Source: Candidatus Hermodarchaeota archaeon (GTDB taxonomy: Archaea; Asgardarchaeota; Hermodarchaeia; Hermodarchaeales; Hermodarchaeaceae). Taken from it: 12,400 bases of DNA. Below are positions 6,263 to 12,400 of the stretch, piece by piece (position 1 is the first letter of the stretch; each line of letters begins with the position of its first letter). A model generated the notes under the pieces. That model was not told the DNA's origin. It did no database searches and saw only the letters and a list, made by a program, of their open reading frames with translations. The position numbers were made by a program, and so were the translations under genes. The stretch is from the NCBI GenBank assembly GCA_016839365.1, contig JAEOUH010000049.1, positions 1 to 12,400 of the forward strand, in the 5' to 3' direction.

Positions 6263-6526
6263 CTACTCTTCTTCTGCTTCTTCTTCTACGCTGTTCTCTT
6301 CCCAGATACGGCCAAGGACGAGCAAACCAAGGACTAATTCAGAATTCTTCAGTTTCTTAACAATGAATTCAACACTTTCAGAAACCGTATCTTCATAATT
6401 CCAGGCTTCACGAGCTGTGTTGACGATCTCATCGAATTGCTCTTCCTTTAAACCAAAAGCACCGGTAAGAGTCTTACTCTCGTGGTCTTCTATGCTAAGT
6501 TTTCCAAGTTCATAGGTTTTTACCAA
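6263..6526 (-). CDS. 87-aa acidic hypothetical protein
   Basis: GGTGA SD upstream of the TTG start, helical protein-like composition, poly-Glu tail, and a pyrimidine-rich run after the stop. Confidence 0.75.
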   Translation of the reverse strand: MVKTYELGKLSIEDHESKTLTGAFGLKEEQFDEIVNTAREAWNYEDTVSESVEFIVKKLKNSELVLGLLVLGRIWEENSVEEEAEEE

Positions 6527-6702
6527 CCTAGTTCACCAAAACCACCGGACGTAATTCTATCTTATTAACATACTGCTCTTGCGTTTAAAATCAAAAAAGG
6601 TACTAGAAGTAACGGGAAGAGCTATGAATGCGTTAAGTAACTACTTGTATAGTTCTGACCTAAACACTTCCCATAGCTCAGGCAACCCCGAGGTCCCTGG
6701 TA

Positions 6703-7725
6703 ATGCATGAAGCAATGCTGTACAATAAACTCGAAGACGACAAGGTCGGCTGCTATCTGTGTGCGCGCCGATGCACAATAGCAGATGGAAAACTGGGGTA
6801 CTGCCAAGTCCGCAAAAACGAGAAAGGCACCCTTTATTCACTCGTCTATGGAAAAGCATGCTCTGCTAATCCTGATCCTATAGAAAAGAAGCCACTTTGG
6901 CACTTTCATCCAGGCGCACTTGCCATGTCAGTAGCCACCGTCGGATGTAATTTTCGCTGTGACTATTGCCAAAATTGGCAAATCAGCCACGAACGTAAAA
7001 TTATTGGGCGAAAAATGTCCCCTGAGAAAATTGTTGAGTATGCGTTGGAAACCGGGTGCACGGGAATATCATATACATATACGGAGCCGACCATTTTCTT
7101 TGAATACGCCTATGATACCGCGAAGATAGCCCACGCAAAGGGGTTGTTTAATACGTTTGTCACCAACGGTTATATGACCACCGATGCCATTGGCATCATT
7201 GCTCCCTACCTCGATGCCGCCACTGTTGATTTCAAGGGTAATGCCAATCCCACCTTTTACAAAACCTATTGCCATGTCCCCAAAGTAGAGCCCATTTTTG
7301 ATTCGCTCAAAGCGATGAAAGCAGCTGGCATTCATATTGAAATCACTAACCTTCTCGTATCCGATGTCGGCGATGACACCAAAGAAGCGGAAAAACTAGC
7401 CCACTGGATCGTCCAAGAACTCGGTGAAGACACGCCACTCCATCTCTTGCGATTTTATCCCCATTACAAGATGAGTAACCTGCCACCCACCTCCATAAAG
7501 AAACTTGAAGCCGCCGCAGCCGCCTCATCAAGTGCTGGTCTCAAATACGTCTATTTAGGCAATGTTCCTGGTCATCAAGGAGCCAATACCATCTGTGCTA
7601 ACTGCAGCGCACTCCTCATCGAACGATTAGGTATCCGAACACTTTCGGTTCGACTAACACGGGATGGGCGATGTCCATCCTGTAACCTTCCGATTCCAAT
7701 CACACTCTCTAAAGACTTTGTCTGA
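6703..7725 (+). CDS. amrS: AmmeMemoRadiSam system radical SAM enzyme (PflA-like family)
   Basis: N-terminal CYLCARRC...GYCQVR, DPIEKKPLWHFHPG, GCNFRCDYCQNWQIS (CxxxCxxC), YTYTEPTIFFEY, VTNGY, PLHLLRFYPHY, YVYLGNV, and C-terminal CxxC...CxxC. Confidence 0.9.
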   Translation: MHEAMLYNKLEDDKVGCYLCARRCTIADGKLGYCQVRKNEKGTLYSLVYGKACSANPDPIEKKPLWHFHPGALAMSVATVGCNFRCDYCQNWQISHERKIIGRKMSPEKIVEYALETGCTGISYTYTEPTIFFEYAYDTAKIAHAKGLFNTFVTNGYMTTDAIGIIAPYLDAATVDFKGNANPTFYKTYCHVPKVEPIFDSLKAMKAAGIHIEITNLLVSDVGDDTKEAEKLAHWIVQELGEDTPLHLLRFYPHYKMSNLPPTSIKKLEAAAAASSSAGLKYVYLGNVPGHQGANTICANCSALLIERLGIRTLSVRLTRDGRCPSCNLPIPITLSKDFV

Positions 7726-7835
7726 ATGAGGAAATCCGGTTCTGCGAATCCCCTGACGAAATTCATGAATCCCTACTTCTGACACCATCTTTAAGTGGCT
7801 TTGTTGGAAGAAATTTCAAGAAACAGGTGAAGAGT

Positions 7836-8696
7836 ATGCGACTTGTTGCATCCACAGAACCCGATATGGCGACATATTCAGATCAATTTCTCGGCTTGAA
7901 AACCATCTTCGAACAAGCTAAGTTCCCCTTCTGGGCCCTTGTCCGTGAACAAACCGTCTTGGGCTTAATAGTGGCAGCCAAGGAACCCCGAGACCTATTA
8001 CAGCCTGCTAGTACTACCTTCATCCAAGTCTATCTATTTCGTCATGAACCGGATGCAGTAACAAGGATTCTGCGTGAAGCTGACACGATTGCTGCTCAGC
8101 AACAGGCTGTCTACCTTAATTGCGTGGTCAGTGCTGATAAACAAGAGACAATTTACTCGCTCGAAAATGCGAGCTTCTCGGTGTACGATGAAACTGTAAA
8201 AATGGGTGTCCCCTTACAGGATGTAACGCCACCTCCGACAGAGCTAACGTTCACCCGCACTTCTCCTGATGAGACCTCCCTCGTGTTACATAACCTCGAA
8301 ACGATGATGGCCAATACACCAGGACGTTTGCTCCATACAGTAGTCTATAATTTCCGGCATCTTCCTCCAGACAAACTCGAATCAACCCTCTCCCAAATGG
8401 AAGTCATCCTAGTCAAAGATAAAGCCAGCACCGTGGGAGTGATCAGCCTAGAGGGTCCCACAATTGGAATGCTTGGCGTTCACCCCAACCTACGTGGTAA
8501 AGGCTATGGTCGCAAAATGACCCAATGGGCAAAAAACCATCTCGCGGAACAGGGACATTTCCGGGCATGGCTTCGAGTTTCTGTTGCCAATATCCCTGCC
8601 CGGCACATCTTCGAGACTGAAGGCTTCAAAGTCTCTGAACAGATGAAATACTATATCAAAACTAATCCAACTTTGTGGCATCCAATCCCTGAATGA
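7836..8696 (+). CDS. GNAT family N-acetyltransferase (tandem GNAT-like domains)
   Basis: Motif A LGVHPNLRGKGYGRKM and motif B VSVANIPARHIFETEGF. AGGTGA at 7825-7830 is an SD for ATG 7836, and TTTAAG near 7790 is TATA-like. Confidence 0.85.
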   Translation: MRLVASTEPDMATYSDQFLGLKTIFEQAKFPFWALVREQTVLGLIVAAKEPRDLLQPASTTFIQVYLFRHEPDAVTRILREADTIAAQQQAVYLNCVVSADKQETIYSLENASFSVYDETVKMGVPLQDVTPPPTELTFTRTSPDETSLVLHNLETMMANTPGRLLHTVVYNFRHLPPDKLESTLSQMEVILVKDKASTVGVISLEGPTIGMLGVHPNLRGKGYGRKMTQWAKNHLAEQGHFRAWLRVSVANIPARHIFETEGFKVSEQMKYYIKTNPTLWHPIPE

Positions 8697-8794
8697 TATT
8701 TTGCTGTTGGGTTACGGTTTTCTTCTACGAAGCGCCTGTCGTAGGTGTCCTCATCATAATAGAAAACCTCATTCTTTATCACCAACTAGTGGTG

Positions 8795-9808
8795 TTATTC
8801 GGTGCGTCCACGCAAATCTTCAGGCGCAGCTGGGCAATCCAGATAGTCGTCATCAACGCAGGTGCAAACAAATTCTCCGCCTAAATATCTGTATGCTTGA
8901 TAAGCGGCAGTAACTCCCTCGGCCACACCGGTAATCGCTTGTTTGAATTGTGTATCTGTTACATCCCCGGCTGCGAACACACCTGGGATATTGGTTTCAG
9001 TTTGGCGGTTAATGAGGATTTCTCCCTTCTCGTTGGTTTTAACACCCAATTGTACTGCCAATTGGGATAAGGGAAGACTTCCAATGGCGATGAACACACC
9101 TTTCACTACAAGTTCATTTTTTCCTTCAAAAGGCTGATCCAAAACAATCTTTTCGATACCTTGACTTCCCTCAATACTGGTTACGTTAGTGTTGAATACA
9201 AGGGTGATCTTCTCTGTTTTCTTGACTCGTTCCATATTAACTGGCTCGGCTTTCAATTGATCCCCGCGAATAATAACATAAATGTGCTTTGCCCATTGTG
9301 CCAGAATCAAGGCCTCCTTTGCGGCACTATCTCCGCCTCCCACGACCGCCACAAGTTTGTCTTGAAACATCGGTCCATCACAGAGACCGCAAAATTGGAC
9401 TCCTTTCCCTTCAAAGGTATCTGCACCAGGCACCGGAAGCTTACGGTAACGCGTTCCTGTCGCAAAAAGCACTGTTTTTGCCTGATATTCATCGAACGCC
9501 GTATTGACGGTAAAACATCGACCGTCCCGGGTAATCTCTGTGGCCTCATCAAAGACCATATCCACTTCGTACTCTTTGGCGTGCGCCAGTATCTTGTCAG
9601 CTAATTCTTTTCCCGATAAGGAGATGAACCCCGGGTAGTTTTCAATCCAATCCGTGGTGGCAATCACCCCGCCCGGCGGATAGCCAATCAGGACGGTGTT
9701 CAGCTTCATACGTCCTGCATACATCGCTGCCGCGAGACCACTAACTCCACCACCGATTATGGCGATATCATACATTGATTGTTGGTCTGTCAAATGATTC
9801 ACATCCAC
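8795..9808 (-). CDS. trxB: Thioredoxin-disulfide reductase (low-molecular-weight type)
   Basis: FAD motif IIGGGVSGLAAAMY, IENYPG, redox CGLCDG, VVGGGDSA, TNIPGVFAAGDVT and KQAITGVAEG. The start could be GTG 9808 or ATG 9775. Confidence 0.9.
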   Translation of the reverse strand: MDVNHLTDQQSMYDIAIIGGGVSGLAAAMYAGRMKLNTVLIGYPPGGVIATTDWIENYPGFISLSGKELADKILAHAKEYEVDMVFDEATEITRDGRCFTVNTAFDEYQAKTVLFATGTRYRKLPVPGADTFEGKGVQFCGLCDGPMFQDKLVAVVGGGDSAAKEALILAQWAKHIYVIIRGDQLKAEPVNMERVKKTEKITLVFNTNVTSIEGSQGIEKIVLDQPFEGKNELVVKGVFIAIGSLPLSQLAVQLGVKTNEKGEILINRQTETNIPGVFAAGDVTDTQFKQAITGVAEGVTAAYQAYRYLGGEFVCTCVDDDYLDCPAAPEDLRGRTE

Positions 9809-9832
9809 AATAAGTTCCAGCTACTCAGCACT

Positions 9833-10510
9833 TTAAATCGTTGGAGAAATGCCTGTCGGTGAACCTTGGGCTGCTTGCTGGATAAACGTCAAGAACTGTC
9901 CAGGAGGGACAAGGCCTTCGAATTGCACTTTTTCATTCAGCACAGCCTTGGGTGTTCCTACTACATCATACTTTACCGCGAGATGCGGGAATTCCGCGAT
10001 TTCAACTATATCAACCGAAATATTAGCGCTAGCGATGGCAAACTGAAACGCCATGGCTCCCAGGACAGGGCATACAGGGCATGTCGGGATTACAAAGATT
10101 TGAATTTTGACTGGTTTGGTTGCGACTTTTCGTAGGGCTTCTTCTGCTTTTGGTGATAACTCACTTTTTCCTGTCGAAGCAAACACTATTCCTTCAATTA
10201 ATGTCTGAAACTCGTATCCTGATGGAATACCAAACATCCGGAGTCCATAATCCTTTTTGCCCAAAATGGCCACCGCTGGTATCTTCTCAATTCCTAACTG
10301 CTCTGCCTTCTCTTTATCCTTGACAAAATCATGCACTTCAAAGGTGATCTTATCCGAAAGATTGGCCACCGTTTCTAGAAGCTTATGAGTCTGGGCACAA
10401 AAAGGACATTCCATCTCTTGAGTGAAAAAGACGAGTTTTACAGGATCTTTCAATTCCTCATTGAAACGTTGAACCACAGTCTCTTCAATGTCTTCAGGAA
10501 CCTCACTCAT
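9833..10510 (-). CDS. Protein disulfide oxidoreductase (PDO / AhpF N-terminal-domain-like, two thioredoxin folds)
   Basis: CPFC and CPVC motifs, FGIPSGYEFQTLI, EIAEFPHLAVKYDVVGTP, FEGLVP; in an operon with trxB. ATG 10510 is preceded by GGTG. Confidence 0.9.
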   Translation of the reverse strand: MSEVPEDIEETVVQRFNEELKDPVKLVFFTQEMECPFCAQTHKLLETVANLSDKITFEVHDFVKDKEKAEQLGIEKIPAVAILGKKDYGLRMFGIPSGYEFQTLIEGIVFASTGKSELSPKAEEALRKVATKPVKIQIFVIPTCPVCPVLGAMAFQFAIASANISVDIVEIAEFPHLAVKYDVVGTPKAVLNEKVQFEGLVPPGQFLTFIQQAAQGSPTGISPTI

Positions 10511-10591
10511 TACTAGCACCGTACTGAAAGTAAACCTCTGTACCAAAAAAAGCTAGAGGTTTATCAACTACAAAAAACGAAAAAGACCCTC

Positions 10592-11152
10592 ATGAAAGTC
10601 CCAGTTACATATTTTGAAGAAAAGATCACAGAGAATACAGATGAAACCCTTCGCCTCGCCTATCAGCGGGCTCAACAATTGAAAATAACTCACATTGTGG
10701 TACCCACGACATCGGGTGCTACCGCTGTTAAAGCCTTGGAAGTCATGAACGATATGAACCTGATTGTAGTTACTCACATGAGCGGATTCAAAGAACCCGG
10801 TAAAAACCAACTTCTCCCCGAACATCGAAAAATCCTCAAAGAAGCAAATATCCCAATCCTCACAGCCAGCCACGTGCTTAGCGGTGTTGAACGGGGCATA
10901 CGGAATAAATTCGATACCATCGGCCCTGCCATTGTGATTGCCAGCGCCCTCAAAATGCTAGGTCAAGGTGTAAAAGTCGGGGTTGAAATCACTCTCATGG
11001 CTGCAGATGCGGGGCTGATTCCCATGGATCAATCCATCATTGCGCTCGGAGGAACAGGGCGAGGTGTGGATACCGCTATAGTAGTTCAGCCGGCTCATAC
11101 GAACAATGTCTTCGACTTGTACATTCAAGAACTGATATGTAAGCCCCGCTGA
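10592..11152 (+). CDS. Pyruvate kinase C-terminal domain-like conserved protein (MTH1675/COG1751-type)
   Basis: YFE...ENTDETL, HIVVPTTSGATA, VVTHMSGFKEPG, HVLSGVER, GQGVKVGVEITLMAADAG, GGTGRGVDTA, ELICKP. Confidence 0.88.
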   Translation: MKVPVTYFEEKITENTDETLRLAYQRAQQLKITHIVVPTTSGATAVKALEVMNDMNLIVVTHMSGFKEPGKNQLLPEHRKILKEANIPILTASHVLSGVERGIRNKFDTIGPAIVIASALKMLGQGVKVGVEITLMAADAGLIPMDQSIIALGGTGRGVDTAIVVQPAHTNNVFDLYIQELICKPR

Positions 11153-11173
11153 GGAATTTATCGAAGCTGATGT

Positions 11174-12367
11174 CTAGATGTCAATGGTTAGGTATTCAAT
11201 ATCCCAAGGATAGTAGGTTACCATCTCCATCCCATCATCGGTGATGAACACGGTGTCGGAATGACGAAAGCCGCCAATTGCCCGATCATAGATTCCGGGC
11301 TCAACGGTAAAAACCATGCCCGGTTCCATAGTATCATCCATTCCATGGTCGAGAAACGGTTTTTCATGTCCCTCTAGCCCGATGGAATGCCCCGTGTGGT
11401 GTTGAACCAACTCCATAACGCCATGTTGTTTAAACACGCCTCGAGCGGCTTTGTCAACGATTGAACAGGGCTTGCCAGGAGCAAAAGCATCGAAGGCCGC
11501 CTGTTGGGCGTCCATCATAATATCAAAGTATTTCCGTTGTTTCGCGTTTGGTTCTCCTAAAAACATTGTTCGCTCCAACTCAGCATAATACCCGGCGACA
11601 TTGGCGGTAGCCCCCGTAACGAGGGTATCTCCAGCCTTGAAGATTGTGAACCGTGTCATCGCATGGGGGATTGCAGAGTAGGTGCCAATCTGACCGCGAT
11701 AACCCGCATGAACTGGTAACCCACCAATCGCAAACGGACGATAAGCGATGCCTAGGGCTTTCCCCATCGCCGTCGACGCTTCCAAAGATGCCTGCGTAGA
11801 CACTTCGACTTCGTTTAGGCCAACTTTGGTCTTATCCTGAAGCAGCTGGTGGGCTAGATTTGCCCACATGGCTGATTCACGAATACAGGCTAGCTCATCT
11901 GAATCTTTGATGATTCGCATATTCGTCAATAACTGAGCTTCCACTTTCACGGGAAATCCTAAGACTTCCTCTAACTTCGGTCCCTCATACCCCCACCGAC
12001 CTGAACTCCCTGGTGCTTCAGCACCCAACCGATCCTTGATTTTTAACTCCTCTTTTATGAAGGTGGCGAAATGCTTCATTGGATGCTTGGCATCAGGATA
12101 GTCGAAGTAGCTGCCAATCTTTGCCACCCCTGGCACTTCTTCTTCGACGTGCTGTTTTTCTAACTCAGGGACAAAGAAGCTGATATCCGAGTCTTGTACG
12201 ATCAGGGCAAAAGGGCGTTCCGTTGGAATGTGGACAAACCCTGTGAGGTAATAGATATGGGTTGGGTTAAACACAATAAAATGTGCAATTTTTTCTTCCG
12301 CAAGGGTTTGACGCAACTTAGCTAATCGTTCCTCAAACCGGTGTTGTGGTATTTTTACAATGGGCAA
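11174..12367 (-). CDS. M24 family (Xaa-Pro peptidase/creatinase-like) hydrolase
   Basis: Creatinase_N-like N-terminus (YYLTGF), RIIKDSDEL, PHA, GYYAELERT, HHTGHSIGLEGHE, TVEPGIY, GGFRHSDT. GGAGGT (12380-12375) favours TTG 12367 as the start. Confidence 0.88.
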   Translation of the reverse strand: MPIVKIPQHRFEERLAKLRQTLAEEKIAHFIVFNPTHIYYLTGFVHIPTERPFALIVQDSDISFFVPELEKQHVEEEVPGVAKIGSYFDYPDAKHPMKHFATFIKEELKIKDRLGAEAPGSSGRWGYEGPKLEEVLGFPVKVEAQLLTNMRIIKDSDELACIRESAMWANLAHQLLQDKTKVGLNEVEVSTQASLEASTAMGKALGIAYRPFAIGGLPVHAGYRGQIGTYSAIPHAMTRFTIFKAGDTLVTGATANVAGYYAELERTMFLGEPNAKQRKYFDIMMDAQQAAFDAFAPGKPCSIVDKAARGVFKQHGVMELVQHHTGHSIGLEGHEKPFLDHGMDDTMEPGMVFTVEPGIYDRAIGGFRHSDTVFITDDGMEMVTYYPWDIEYLTIDI

Positions 12368-12400
12368 TTGCAGGACCTCCAACAGAGCTTAGTGATACCA

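Noticed and set aside
7721-7775. Hammerhead-like cores (CTGACGA here, CTGATGA...GAAA near 6229)
   Set aside because: The required stems and the ordered GAAA/UH elements cannot be formed.
266-10873. Remaining short track ORFs overlapping assigned genes (e.g. 266..601, 665..946, 2837..3160, 4455..4718, 7069..7335, 9161..9604, 10568..10873)
   Set aside because: Shadow or antisense frames of well-supported CDSs with no independent motifs or SD.

Overview
Gene-dense archaeal-type window (TATA-like promoters, GGTGA/GGAGG Shine-Dalgarno motifs, archaeal gene families; an Asgard- or Bathyarchaeia-like origin is my inference only). From left to right: the 3' end of a membrane-anchored BNR/sialidase-like surface protein; a minus-strand module of a Bat-like HTH_10 regulator, an 82-aa orphan ORF and a QueG/reductive-dehalogenase-like Fe-S protein, with a shared CCGTC-N4-GACGG palindrome next to both promoters; an ArsR-like wHTH regulator divergent from a 37-aa ORF with a strong SD, whose 3' end lies in about 340 nt of densely and alternatively pairing RNA ending in a hairpin plus U tract; a secreted, C-terminally anchored DJ-1/PfpI protein; an NTF2-like protein; two small hypothetical proteins; an AmmeMemoRadiSam radical SAM enzyme; a GNAT; a protein disulfide oxidoreductase plus thioredoxin reductase operon; a PK_C-like (MTH1675-type) protein; and an M24-family hydrolase with a non-canonical metal site. 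No rRNA, tRNA, CRISPR array or mobile element was found. The most novel-looking signals are the two regulator / operator / small-ORF / RNA-switch modules in 1500-4100. All RNA pairings were found by eye and are not computed folds.
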